The position numbers and the translations under genes were made by a program. Below the pieces are notes generated by a model. It saw nothing but the letters and a program-made list of their open reading frames with translations. It ran no database searches and was not told the origin of the DNA. From contig JBHGNT010000018.1 of NCBI GenBank assembly GCA_043228905.1, positions 16,554,001 to 16,618,000 of the forward strand: a DNA stretch of 64,000 nt, given 5' to 3'. This stretch comes from Azolla caroliniana (taxonomy: Eukaryota; Plantae; Polypodiophyta). Shown here in pieces: positions 48,001-59,839 of the stretch (its first letter is position 1; the number at the start of each line of letters is the position of its first letter).

Positions 48001-49100
48001 GTTGATGTCATCAGCCACACGTCTCCTATGCCGGCAATCCGGCATGTGCCTTCATTTCCCATCCGGACACAGCCATGCTCACCGGCTGTGTAGGATGAGA
48101 AGTATTTCTTCTCCGGGGTCAGGTGGAACGACGCTCCGGAATCGACCACCCAGGTCATCTCTACACCGGCAAGGTTCAGCTCCCTCTCTTCGGTAATGAG
48201 CATTATCTCTTCTTCACTTGCCGCGAGTGCCGTCGTTCCTTTCCGGTCCTGCCCTCGCCGATCCGGACCTCTCCGGTCCGTGGCTCCCCGGTATGCACCG
48301 TTTCTCTCCGGTGACTTCTTCGAATCGGTGTCGTCGGCTCCGTTGTCCTTTCGGTAATGCCGACAATTCTTCCGGAAGTGCCCCGGCTTCCCACAGTGGA
48401 AGCATGTGGGCCTTCCTCTTGACTGCGACCGGGTCCCCGACTTCTCCCGTCTTTGCGAACTCCGGTTCCATTGTCTTCCCCGATCCGATTCGGTAAGCAG
48501 CGCCTTCGAGTCGGAGGCCGGTTCTTTATCTCTCCGACGCGCTTCTTCGTTCAAAATGCTTGTCTTTACCGTTTGTAGAGACAAGTTATCTTCGGTGCAG
48601 GAGGTGCTGAGAGTCACCACCAAGTTCTCCCAGCTTTCCGGCAATGTACACATCAGAATGATGGCTTGCATTGCATCCTCCAACGGGAACTTGATCGCCG
48701 CAAGCTGGTTCACGAATCCCATGAACGTGCTTACGTGTTCCACCATACTCTCGCCGTCCCGATACTTGAGGTTCACTATCTTTCTCATCAGGGAGGTTCG
48801 GTTCAACGCATTCTTCCTCTCGTAGAGGCCCGACAGCTTCCTCCACATCTCATATGCGTTGGTGTCGTTCGCCACGTGTTGTAGAACGCTCACGTCGACG
48901 TATTGCCGAATGGTTGCAACGGCTTTCCGGTTCAGAAGCCTCCACTCCGTCTCAAGTACCCCCTTGGGTATTTCCGACCTGTCGATCGGTTCATACAGGT
49001 CCCGAACAATGAGCAGATCCTCCATCTTTATCTTCCAGTCGGCGTAGTTCTGCGCATTCAGCACCATCATCCCCGGCTGCCCGCTGCTGCCGCCTTCCAT
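45027..49100 (-). CDS. Copia Gag-Pol polyprotein (1357 aa from the ATG at 49100)
   Basis: CFHCGKPGHFRKNC knuckle; protease WVVDSGASFH; LWHKRLCH..C..C; integrase D-D-E (VHTDV, RADNGGEY, NGLAERMN); RT LYVDDML; RNase H (FTDSD, TEAEY, CDSQSAI, DMLTK). Confidence 0.97.
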   Translation of the reverse strand: MEGGSSGQPGMMVLNAQNYADWKIKMEDLLIVRDLYEPIDRSEIPKGVLETEWRLLNRKAVATIRQYVDVSVLQHVANDTNAYEMWRKLSGLYERKNALNRTSLMRKIVNLKYRDGESMVEHVSTFMGFVNQLAAIKFPLEDAMQAIILMCTLPESWENLVVTLSTSCTEDNLSLQTVKTSILNEEARRRDKEPASDSKALLTESDRGRQWNRSSQRREKSGTRSQSRGRPTCFHCGKPGHFRKNCRHYRKDNGADDTDSKKSPERNGAYRGATDRRGPDRRGQDRKGTTALAASEEEIMLITEERELNLAGVEMTWVVDSGASFHLTPEKKYFSSYTAGEHGCVRMGNEGTCRIAGIGDVWLMTSTGCKMLLKDVRHVPEVRLNLISAGRLDDEGYTGSIRNGVMKFSKGSLIVARARKVNTLYLMNSRLCPEELNVAADTAGELWHKRLCHMSEKGMKRLAEDNLIPVKHVHLEKCTDCLAGKQNRTSFHSRPPTRRSAPLELVHTDVCQVETKSHGGAQYFVTFIDDHSRRLWTAPMKTKDQVLSVFKELHARVERESGKKLKAIRADNGGEYRGQFQEYCRSKGIRLEFTVPKTPELNGLAERMNRTIMERVRSMLAHAKLPKGFWAEAMSTATYVINRSPSVPLDGDTPQKVWTSKEVSYRHLKVFGCLAYVHVAKDRRGKLDPKTRPCIFLGYGDDEFGYRVWDPVDKKIFRSRDIIFMENKTLADWESEKKMKSSKSTGEDQLYEEQSRPARDRLALEDPAEDGEETEPAEEDENDTGTGPDPEMDSDEEESEEPVTEAPERRYPLRERRAPRRFPEPEHVLLTDEGEPESFEEAKHDTQSRRWLSAMQDEMDSLHENHTYELVELPKGKRALRNKWVFKLKPGDAGNPPRYKARIVVKGFQQKKGVDFDEIFAPVVKMTSIRTVLSIAASMDLEVEQMDVKTAFLHGDLEEEIYMQQPEGFEKKGKEHLVCRLKKSLYGLKQAPRQWYRKFDSFMTDEGYHKTQSDHCVFVKKFEGGDFLILLLYVDDMLIVGRDQVKIRMLKKALHRTFSMKDLGPARQILGMHIIRDRKKKQLWLSQEKYVTKVLHRFNMSEARPVGSILPANCKLSSKQSPKTKAEKEDMMKVPYASAVRSLMYAMVCTRPDIGYAVGVVSRYMSNPGKDHWNAVKWILRYLKGTANVCLRFGSGKPELDGFTDSDMSADEDTSRSTSGYVMTYAGGAVSWQSRLQKTVALSTTEAEYMAAVEAGKEIIWMKDFIRELGIRQEEYRLYCDSQSAIHLAKNAAYHSRTKHIQRRYHWIRERIEDQEFMLTKIHTEENGSDMLTKVLTPDKLEACRKRVGLERHPMPK

Positions 49101-51776
49101 TTTCTGTGTTACCGCTGCTCTGATACCACTTTGTCGAAATTCCGTGCTCGGCCACAACCGAGGAACTGGATCGATTCACAGAAAACGGGAAATACAACAA
49201 TGCACGAAAACAATAGAGAGAAGGGTACACTGGATGTTTTACGTGGAAAACCCTAAATGGGAAAAACCACGGGAGTGCAAAACTCCAACTATCACTATAC
49301 GCGGGAATGTACAATGGCGAGCTGCAAGGCGACGACCTTGAGCTCACTGTCCTCGCCACAGGCGGCGGTATTACACAGAGGCGTCGACCTCTTCCTTCCT
49401 CTTTCTCTCTCACTCTCTCTCGGCTGCTCTCACTTCGCTCCCTCTTAGTGGAAAACAGAAAAATGAGCAACAACATAAACTGTTTGCCCTAAGTCATATT
49501 TATACACATATGACTTTCGGGCTATTTACAAATATAGCCTCAAGGGCTCTTGGCAAACATATTCACAAATATGTCCCCGCATCCGGATCTCCCTCCGGGT
49601 ACATTCGTCATCCGGCTCCGTAACCGGGGTCTTCAGCATCCGGCTCCGTAGCCGGGGTATTCATCATCCGGCTCCGTAGCCGGGGTCTTCATCATCCGGC
49701 ACCGTAGCCGGGGTCTTCATCATCCGGCTCCGTAGCCGGGGTCTTCATCATCCGGCACCGTAACCGGGGTCTTCATCATCCGGCTCCGTAGCCGGGGTCT
49801 TCATCATCCGGCACCGTAACCGCAACCGGGCTTGCCGTCATTCATCTCCGGACATCCCATCCGGAGGGACCGAAATCCCAACAGAGACATATTCATAAAT
49901 ATGTTTCTGAGAGTCCATCGAGGCTATATTTGTAAATAGTCGAAAAGTCATATTAGTATAAATATGACTTAGGGCAAACTTTTATTTACTGTTGTTATTC
50001 TTGTCTGCGCGAGATTAGAGCGCGTAACTGTGTACAGAGAGAGAGAGAGAGAGGAAGAGGTCGCTGCCTCTGTTGTAACCGCCGCCTGTGGCGAAGATTG
50101 TGAGCACGAGGTCGTTGCCTCCGTGAACTCACTGTTGTACATTCTAACATAGTGATAGTTTGCAGCCTTTGGGCTGCCGTGGTTTTTCCCTGTTTGGGTT
50201 TTCCACGTAAACATCCTGTGTACTCGTCTCTTCTTCGTGTCGTTCATTATTTCCCGTTTTCTATGTATGATTCTAAGCTCGGTTGTGGCCGAGAGCGTGC
50301 TGTTCCCGTCAGACAATCCCGAGAATGATGAACGGGGACACCTGGACGAGAACAAGGTGGAGCGGACTTCCGGATAACCGATCCGGGAGGAGGAGAGACA
50401 GGCCTACGGAGAGGCCGGGAACACGGTACGTCGGTACCACGGGAGAGGGTGTGGAGTGAGCCACCCTCTCGACTTGCGGAGAAAGACGACCTGGGATAAG
50501 GGTTTGATATGCAAGGAGCCCAAGGAGGATCCTTCACACCGGTTCTAGAGACTTCGGCGGTCGACCTGGAGTGACGAATGGTGGCGGCGAGGGGACAAAG
50601 GCAACGGACGGCAAGCGGGAGGTCTATGGAGATCCTCACACTGATCCAGCGGTCGGTCTGAGAGCTGGTGTGAGTCCTATAGGAAAGGACGCTGGCGGCA
50701 GGTGAACGTGACCAGCACAAGAGGCCGACGCAAAGGTCGGGACTACGACGAGAGGAAAACGGCAAGCGGTGCTGCCGCGACCTTACACACACCGGTTCTA
50801 GACACTTCGGCAACCGGCAACGAGAGCTGACATGAGACCTAGAGAGAAGAATGGTGGCGGCGACAAGGCGAGTAACCTAAGACGACAAGGGGGAGGTCCC
50901 ACGAAGACACTCACACCAATCCGAAGACTTCGGCAGCCGACGACGAGAGCTGGCATGAGACCTAGAGAAAAGGATGGTGGCGGCAGGAGAATGTGATCGG
51001 ACGATGGAAAGCAGAGCATAAAGAGGTATGAGGCCGGTGAGGTAGCCACGAACCAGATATGGACCCGACTAGCAAAGTTGGCAAAGACAAAGATCGGACG
51101 CGCTTGGTACACGAGTCGGTGACCCAACAAGATAGAGGCCCGAGAAGGATCCTTCACACTTGCCCGGAGACTCCGGCTGTTCGGCCGACGTGGCAACGTG
51201 AGACCGAGGGTAATGGAATGTGGCGGCAAGGGGACGAAGGCGGCAACAACGGAGGCATTGGCCAGCCAAGGCGTTACGTGAACGAAGGAGGCCATGCGGG
51301 CCGGGACGCGGCAAGGGTGATCTTCCGGTAAGCTGCCGAGCCGGAAAGGGCACACTTGAAAGCGGAACAAGAGACGTGCAAGTGGCCATCGAGGGCTTGA
51401 TCAAGCACGAGTACGGGACGATGTTCGGCACAGGCGGTGCCAAACAAGGAAGGCGGAAGACGCCACACGACAGACAACCATAGAACGAACAAGGAGCGCG
51501 TGTTGGGGTCACCTAAGGACCGAAAAATGAACGCGCATTCGAGGAACGATAACAGCACACAAAGGTGTTTGAGACGCAGAATCCGGAGAACATACGCGAC
51601 GGATAAAGGAGGGTTGACCGGATCGGAAACGATGTTCGGGAGGACCGATTGGGGAGGAAGGCGTTGTTGCGTTATTATGCGCGTGCGTGTGAAAAGGGCG
51701 GGACCATGGGGGTCTCGGACAAGGGAGGAAGGGATGCTGAGAAACCGACTCCGGGCACGACCCAGAGGCAACCGAA

Positions 51777-51886
<110 letters not shown>

Positions 51887-54738
51887 GAGCGTGCACGCGA
51901 CATCGACTCCTATACACAGGAAACAAAGGGGCTATGCTCCCGACTCCGCCAAATACAACAATATGCACAAACAAATATGAGTATATATATTACAAGGGAA
52001 AAGATTCAGCCCCAGCTTTGAGCTGGACCAAGGTAGGTTAGGTTACAATAGTAGTCTGTTGCCAAACCGCCGATCGGGGAGCTCTCAGGCTCATCACGCC
52101 AAGCAGGGTCTTGCACAGGGTACTGAGCAGAAGCAAAACCTAAATAGACATGAACTCTCAACCCACACGACGACAAAGAAGAAGAAGAAGAAGAAAGAAA
52201 GAAAACTACCATGATGAAACCCTAGAACAAAGCAAGAATAAGAGAAACTACCTAACCCTAACTCTAACTGTATACCCTCCTGACTCAAAATGGGCAAGAC
52301 CTTAACAAGGAACCCCCTCCCTCCTTTTATAGACCAAGGAGGGCAGGGCGTTACAATGTGGGACAAATACTCCCCTTTATTCTATACACCGTTTCCTACT
52401 ATATATGTGCACATGTTGCACACCACCGACTTACCCTATTCTACCCCGGTTTCACACTATAGCTGTAAATCTTCACGACATCCACCCCCACCAAACCGCA
52501 CATCCACCAGGATGTGCCAAGAGGGAAAAAGGGTGAGAGATTCCGGCGACGGTGATTAACCGGTCCTCCGCCTTGTCGGAACTCGTCCGTCTCGCCGACT
52601 CGTTACTGGCCCTGATCCAGTGGCTCCATCCAATCCATCGCATTTGACGTTCATGCCTTGCTACCCCGGTCAGTTCTCCTGAACACCCCTGGTCACTTCG
52701 GTTGTATGCCGGATTCCACACTTTTCGTGCCACACATGTCCCTCCGTCGGTTCTTCCCGTGTGCCGTGTGGTGTTTCTAGCCTTTCTTGTTTGGCATCGC
52801 TTGTGTCGAACACCGCCCGTACTCGTGTTTGCTTCGGCCCTTGATGGCCACTTGCATGTCTCTTGTTCTGCTCAACTAGCCCCTTACCGGCTTCCCTCCG
52901 AAATCGTAACCGATCGGTAAGGGTTTGGCCCTCGTCAACCCCGTCCTTGCTAGTTCCTTTTTCTCGATCCCGTTCACCTGTCGCCACCATCCTTCACACT
53001 TGGGCTCACGTTGCCATGTCGGCTTGATCTGCCAGTCCCTCCGGATCGGTGTGAGGATCACATAGGACCGGTTTTCCTTTTCTTCTTCCCCCTTCCTTCC
53101 ATTGACCTTGCGAGAACGTCTGGTTTTGGTTTGTGGAGCCTCGCTGGCCTGATACCTCATTGCCGCTCTGCCTCCGTCGTCCGATCACATTCACGCCAGC
53201 ACTCGGGCCGACTACCGGGTCGGTGGGAGGATCTCGTGGGACCTCCCCTTCTGCCTTCGGTTTCCCGCCTTACTACCGTCACCGTTCCTTACTCTAGGTC
53301 TCACGTCGGCTCTCGGGCCGACCGCTGGAGCGTCTAGAACCGGTGTGTGTAAGGTCCTAGCAGCACCGCTTGCCATTTTCTTGTCGCCGTAGTCCGGCCT
53401 CTTCTGACGGTCACGTTCACATGCCGCCACCGATCTCTCCTACAGGACTCAAGCTGGCACTGGGGCCGATCGCTGGATCGGTGTGAAGATCTCCGTAGAC
53501 CGCCCATCCGCAGTCCCTTGCCTTCGTCCCCTCGCCGCCACCGTTCATCACTCTAGGTCTTATGCCGGCTCTCGGGCCGACCGCCGGAGTCTCTAGAACC
53601 TGTGTGAAGGATCTTCCTCGGGCTTGTCATATTTCGGACCCTTATCCCGGGTCATCTCTCTCCACATGTCGAGAGGGTGGTTCGCTCCGCACCCCTTCCC
53701 GTGGTACCGACGTACCGCATTCCGGCCTCTCCATAGGCCTGCCTCTTCCTCCCTTTTGGATTGGCTATCCGGAAGCCCGCTCTACCCAGTTCTCATCCGG
53801 GTTCATCTGTCATTTTGTGGATTGCCGGGTCCTGTTCTCCTGCCGCCACCGTTAGTATCTTGGTCTTACATCAGATCTGATATTGGCCGCCAGAGTCTCT
53901 AGCTTGGTGTGAGGCGACCCATAGGACCGATTGTCGTTCTCACTTTGACTCTTGTACTTCTGTCGGACTCGTCATCGCTCTCCTTGCTGCATTCCTGCCT
54001 CCATCTTCCATCTCTTTCGGTCTCACGTTGCCACTCCGGTCGAACTACTGATGTCCCTAGACAAGATGTGGATAACCGATTTCGTAACGTCTTCTGGCGA
54101 CTTGTCCAAGGCCACCGACCCTTTTAGTGGTGTTGGTGGATAGCATCCGCTCAGTGATCAACCAAGCCCGCCTGGGCTTGATTCTCCAATGTCCGGAGTT
54201 TCGGCTCCGTTGTTGATCCTGCCAGACTTGTTCTGAACCCTTGATCACCTTTCTTTCAATTCCCGACCTTCACCCGGTCGGTCTTTCTCCCCATGTAAAA
54301 GAGGGCGGCGCGTTCCACACCCTCTCCCGTATCAACACCTTCATGCCGATTCTGGACCCGGTCGAACAATCCACTACCAGATCGCGCTCCACCCGAATCA
54401 GAGAGCCGCGTGGTTCGGTCCCCGGTTGGGTTGTTTCTTGGTCCTTTCGCTGACCTTCTTGCAGGCCGTTTCCCATCCATCTTCGCCGGCATCATACCGG
54501 GACTCCTCGATACCATCATCCATCTCCTCGGTCTCACGTGGGCGTAAGGGCCCGAATGCCGAGTTCTCCGGAATCGGTTCCGAGGGCTCTTGTCCGTTCC
54601 TTCCTCGTATCGTCTCACCGGAGTTTCTCGGTCTCACGTTGCCGGCTTCCTCCTTTTGGGACTCACGTGGGCACTCGGGCCCGACTGCCATCGTCTAGGG
54701 AGCAAGCATGGGAAGACGAGTAGAATCGCCCGTCCTAT

Positions 54739-55797
54739 TTACGCCCTTGTCCGTAGCCACCGGCTCCTCGTGGTCGGTGGTCGTTTTCTTCTCGATCGCG
54801 CAAGTGTTACCGGCGCTTGCTTCTCCAATGTCCGAAGTTTCGGGCTAACGTGCCCGAAACCGCCGGTCCAACGTTCCGATTCTACGATTGATGTCTCGGC
54901 CTCGTCCTCAACCGTTCTATTTCCGCAAGTTGAGAGGGTGTTTTGTTTTGCACCCTCTCTCGTGGTACCGTGGTACCGATCTCCTGCCATCTCGTGGGGC
55001 AAGTCCGCCTTCTCGGCGTTGCCTTGTGGCCTCGATCTTTCCTCTTCCTCAAGCATTGCCTTGAGAGCTGTGTACGCCGTCACAATCCTGGCCCCGAAGC
55101 CGAGCCTTTCCGACCCTCTTTGCCGTTCGACCTCTTCCCGCTGTGATGGCGCGTCGTCGCGCACCTTCCTCCTAGCCTCCTCGGCTCGCTCGTCATCGAG
55201 CCATCGGCATACCCTTCTGACATTCGACCAATCCTCTGTAAGGCCATTCGCTCTGTCCTCATCTTCAATCTCAATCCCTTTGGCCTCCCGTTCTGCTTGG
55301 TTGATCGACCTAACGAACATTAGGGCTTTGTCCGCCCCCACCAAACCTTGCTCCCGCTCTGGGATCCGAGCAAGCCGTCGCTCGAACTCTCGGAACGCCT
55401 TTGTTGCGCCCCGGTGGGTCTTCGCTGATGCCACCGACTGGTCGAAGCCGCGTCGTCCCCGACTCATCCGTCGTCCTCCATATGCCTGCAGGAGCGCCTC
55501 TTCGAAGGCCTCCCACAAACTATGAGCTTCTCGGAGTTCCTTCACTTCCGCGTGCATGCGGACAACGACAACCCGATAGAAGAACCCCAACCTGAACGCC
55601 TCGTCTACGCCTCGATCCTCCATCTCCGCGTTGTAGGCTTCCAAGTAGAATGGGACGTTGTCCCCGTTGAAACGGTCGACTCTTCCGACCACTCGCTCAA
55701 CAACTTTCTGCATTGTCTCTCTTCTTATTGTTGCTCGTCCAAACTCCCTCACCGCTTCGACAAAAAGTTGCGTGAAGTCGTCTTCTTCCAACCCCAT
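54739..55797 (-). CDS. Retrotransposon Gag-like protein (352 aa)
   Basis: MGLEEDDFTQLFVEA...RFNGDNVPFYLEAYNAEM...WEAFEEALLQAY; the ATG lies ~20 bp after the PBS. Confidence 0.72.
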   Translation of the reverse strand: MGLEEDDFTQLFVEAVREFGRATIRRETMQKVVERVVGRVDRFNGDNVPFYLEAYNAEMEDRGVDEAFRLGFFYRVVVVRMHAEVKELREAHSLWEAFEEALLQAYGGRRMSRGRRGFDQSVASAKTHRGATKAFREFERRLARIPEREQGLVGADKALMFVRSINQAEREAKGIEIEDEDRANGLTEDWSNVRRVCRWLDDERAEEARRKVRDDAPSQREEVERQRGSERLGFGARIVTAYTALKAMLEEEERSRPQGNAEKADLPHEMAGDRYHGTTREGAKQNTLSTCGNRTVEDEAETSIVESERWTGGFGHVSPKLRTLEKQAPVTLARSRRKRPPTTRSRWLRTRA

Positions 55798-55955
55798 TCT
55801 CCCTTGTCGCCCTTTCACGTCGGGTTCACCAACTTTATGTCGCGTTATTACGCGCGTGCGTGTCATAAGGGCGGGACCATGGGGGTGTCGGACGAGGGAG
55901 GAAGGGATGCCGAGAAACCGACTCTGGGCACGACCCAGAGGCAACTGAACACGAA

Positions 55956-55988
<33 letters not shown>

Positions 55989-58961
55989 AGAGCGTGCGCG
56001 TGACACCGACTCCTATACACAGGAAACAAAGGGGCTATGCTCCCGACTCTGCCAAATACAACAATATGCACAAACAGATATGAGTATATATATTACAAGG
56101 GAAAAGATTCAGTCCCGGCTTCAAACCGGACATAGGTTAGGTTACAATAGCAATCTGCTGCCAAGCTGCCGATCGGGGAGCTCTCGGGCTCGTCACGCCG
56201 AGCGGGGTCTTGCATAGGTGACCGAGCAGAAGCAAACCATAAATAAACACGAACTCTCAACCCACATGACGACGAAGAAGAAGAAGAAGAAAGAAAGAAA
56301 ACTACCAAGATGAAACCCTAGAACGAAGCAAGAATAAGAGAAACTGCCTAACCCTAACTCTAACGGTATACCCTCCTGACTCAAAATGGCCAAGCCCTCA
56401 ACAAGGGACTCCCTCCCTCCTTTTATAGACCAAGGAGGGCAGGGCGTTACAATGTGGGACAAATACTCCCCTTTATTCTATACACCGTTTCCTACTATAT
56501 ATGTGCACATGTTGCACACCACCGACTTACCCTAATACACCTCGGTTTCACACTATAGCCGAAAATATTCACGACAACGCGAACGCCGGATATGGGCGGG
56601 CCCGTAAGGAGCTGGCAAGACGGTCAGGTGCCGGTAAGGTGGAGAACCCGGTTAATCACCGTCGCCAAAATGTCTCACCCTTTTCCTCTCTTGGCACATA
56701 CCGGTGGTTGTGCGGTTTGGTGGGGGGTGGATGTCGTGAAGATTTCCGGCTATAGTGTGAAACTGGGGTGGAATGGTCAAGTTGGTGGTGTGCAACATGT
56801 GCACATGTATAGTAGCAAACTGTGTATAGAATAAGGGGGAGCATTTATCCCACATTGTAACGCCCTCCCCTCCTTGGTCTATATAAGGAGGGAGGGGTCT
56901 CTTGTGAAAGGGTTGCCCATTTTGTGTCGTAAGTGTATACCATTCTGGTCAAGGGTCATTTTGTTAAGATTTTTTTTGTAGGGTTAGTAACTTGAGAGGT
57001 TGGGTGCCGTAACCATGGCGGCAAAGCTCTACTAGGGTTAAGTTCTTCTTCTTCTTCTGAGTGTAGCCTGGCTCAAAGCCGGGGTTGTATCTTCCCCTTA
57101 ATTTATATATATTCATGTCTGTTTGTGCATAATGGTGTCTCTAATGATGTCGGGTGCTTAGCTCCCCTCCTTAGTTTCCTGTCCATAAGATTTGGTGTTG
57201 CACGCATGCTCTCTCTCTCTCGTGTTCGGTTGCCCTTGGTACGTGTCCGGAGTCGGTTTCTTGGCATCCCTTTCTTCCTCGTCTGAGACCCTCGTGGTCC
57301 CGCCCCTTTCGACACGCACTCGCAGATTTCCGCGACACCGTGCAAGTGGGTCGTCAGACCAAAAGAGACATCCTATTCGGCCACCCCTAAACAAGGGGCA
57401 GATTAGCAGCGAAAGGATTTCGACAAGAATATGGTGTCGATTTCGACGAAATCTTTTCACTAGTGGTGAAAATGACAACCCTTTGCTTTATGCTTGGCGC
57501 AGTGGCAGTCGAAGATTTGCAGCTGACTCAACTAGATGTAAAGACGACATTCCTCCATGGTGACCTAGAGGAGGAAATTTATATGGAACAATTGAAAGGT
57601 ATCCAGTCAAGAACGTCTAGTCTGCCGACTCAAGAAGCGGTTTAGTTTACTTTACGGCCTAAAACAGGCACTGAGATAGTGGTATAAGAAGTTCGACGAC
57701 TTAATCCAATGAATCAGCTTCTCCAAGAGCAATGAGAACCACTGCTTCTTCATTAAAACAACTCGAGATGGTTCCCCATCGTCCTCATCATCTACGTGGA
57801 CGACATGCTACTCTCCAGCCGGCATGCCAGAGAGCTCTTCGAACTTGTTTGGCAACTACGATTGAAGTTTGTCATGAAGGACCTTGGTTCGGCAAGACTC
57901 ATTCTCGGCATGAAGATCAGTCGGAATCGAAATCAAAGATAGTTGTTTTTATCTCAATCTGACTCCATTGGACATGTCTTAGAACTCTTCAACATGCAAT
58001 CGGCAAAATCTGCTTCGAACCTGCTCCCCATTGGCACTCGGTTGTCTCAATGAGAGTGCTCGACATCCGGTTCGGAGGGGGAAATTATGAAGTCTGTACC
58101 GTATGCATCAACAATCGGCTTCTTAATGTACGCAATAGTCACTACACAGCCTGATATTGCTCACGCCGTCGGAGTCATCAACAGATTCATGCACAATCCC
58201 GATCGATCGCATTGGAACGCGGTAAAGCATGTGTTCAGATATCTAGTGGGCACAAAAGACTATGACATCCTCTTCGACCCGAATGACACTTCAGCCATAG
58301 TCGGTTACACCGACTCAGATTTTGCCGGCTTGTGGACAATCGAAGATCGACAACGGGTTACTATTTCAAATTTGGCAATGGAGCAATCTTGTGGAAATCG
58401 AAACTTCAGGATTGTACTGCTACATCAACAATCGAGGTCGAATATGTAGCTGTGTCGGACGCGGCTAAAGAAGCTTTATGGCTCGGTCGGATAACATGCA
58501 AATTTCGACAAGTCAAGTCGGACTCGGCTCTAGTTTTCTATAGTGACAGTCAGGGCGTTGTTGCTTTGTCGAAAAATCCGGTTCATCACAACGCCACCAA
58601 GCATATCGATGTTCGATATCACTTTGTTCGGAACTGCGTGATTTGAAGGAAAATCGGCCTTGAGAAGATAGCTAGAACCGACAATGTCATTGATGGGATG
58701 ACCAAGTGTCTTTCTGCAGATCGATTCTGATCCCTTCGGCACCAGATGGGCATAACAAAGAACTAGTCCGAGTGAGTCGGACATTAAGGACATTTTCGAA
58801 CAATCTTTTTCGACAGTTGGAAGATCGGTTTAGTCCCTCCAATTTCGGCCGATTCGGCCTTCTGTCTTTTCCGATGCGAATGGAAATCCGATTTGTTCGA
58901 AAAATTTGTACACATGTTTCAACACTACAAATTTCGGATGTATACGACCATTACGAGGGAG

Positions 58962-59315
58962 TGTTGAATATGGGTCTCTAATGGACGTATTCACATTTGT
59001 CCCATTTGTACAAACTAGGTTTAGGCCATCTTTGTAAATACTAAGAAGGGCAATTGCCCTGAGTCAGTCAGTATATAAACTGACTTTGTAACCTAGTTTG
59101 TGTGGTTGTTTTGTTTTTGTACATTTTGTTGTTAGGCTTGAAAAATAAAGATTCATCTTGTGCCTACTTCTCTGCACAATACGTCTTGCTATCTCTTGAT
59201 CTTGTTGATTGATTCAGTAGTTTGTGGTTATCAATCTACTTTATATGCATATGTCAATGATCACTCACCATAGAGGAGTAATATTGTTCCACACTAGACG
59301 GTCGCATTATCAACA
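58962..59315 (+). repeat. 3' LTR of the old copia element (354 bp)
   Basis: TGTTGA...TCAACA directly after a purine tract; TATATAAA near 59072. Confidence 0.75.
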
Positions 59316-59476
59316 AGGTAAGCCCTCGTATTCCACTACCACATCTATTAGTCCCATTGTCATGAATACATAAACATCATGGCTTCACCTGGGCTACCCA
59401 AGATCTTGTAATACATAATCAAGAACCTAACCATTAAGATAGCCTATGATCATATGAGATGATAGAAGCTACTTCC

Positions 59477-59700
59477 TGTAATACATTGATTATTGTAAAT
59501 ACTTTGGAACATTCTAGAATTAGAATATCCTAGAACATCTTAGAATATTCTAGGTCTAGAACATTCTAGAACATTAGAGAAATCTCTAGGCTATTCTATA
59601 GGAACCTATAAATAGAGGCATACAATTATTTTCAAACCAATTCGAATCAAATGGTCAGAACCAAGAGAAAAGATAGAGTGACAGAAGAAAGATATAAAGA
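59477..59700 (+). repeat. Probable LTR fragment with TTCTAGAA-type repeats and a TATA box
   Basis: TGTAATAC start, multiple TCTAGAAC/ATTCTAG motifs, CTATAAATAG at ~59607. No clear end. Confidence 0.4.
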
Positions 59701-59839
59701 TATAAGTGATTCTAATATTATGAATAATCCACCCTTGTCCAATAAGTTTGAAGTCCTACGCCAATTAGAAGAGGAGTCAAATGAATAAGTTCGGCCAAAA
59801 TAGCAGCCATTTGGTTGGACAACCCTAGATCTATACAAC

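Larger units (their letters stand above)
44265..49883 (-). mobile_element. Full-length, very young Ty1/copia retrotransposon (Tork/Tnt1-like), 5619 bp
   Basis: 752-bp LTRs (44265-45016, 49132-49883) with TG..CA termini and 3 differences seen by eye. TSD GAGAC on both sides; iMet PBS 49117-49128; PPT GTGAAGGGGGAG; uninterrupted gag-pol. Confidence 0.98.
44110..50311 (+). mobile_element. Copia-type solo LTR (~580 bp net) interrupted by the young intact copia
   Basis: TGTTGGG...CCCGTCA with a perfect 5-bp TSD GACAA (44105-44109, 50312-50316). Halves are 44110-44264 and 49889-50311. Confidence 0.85.

Noticed and set aside
45132-49047. Numerous + strand and alternate-frame ORFs over the intact copia
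   Set aside because: Shadow ORFs of a GC-rich coding strand; no independent motifs.
49101-49157. Extension of the copia ORF to 1376 aa
   Set aside because: The upstream 19 codons begin at a non-ATG codon inside the LTR and run through the PBS; the ATG at 49100 is the plausible start.
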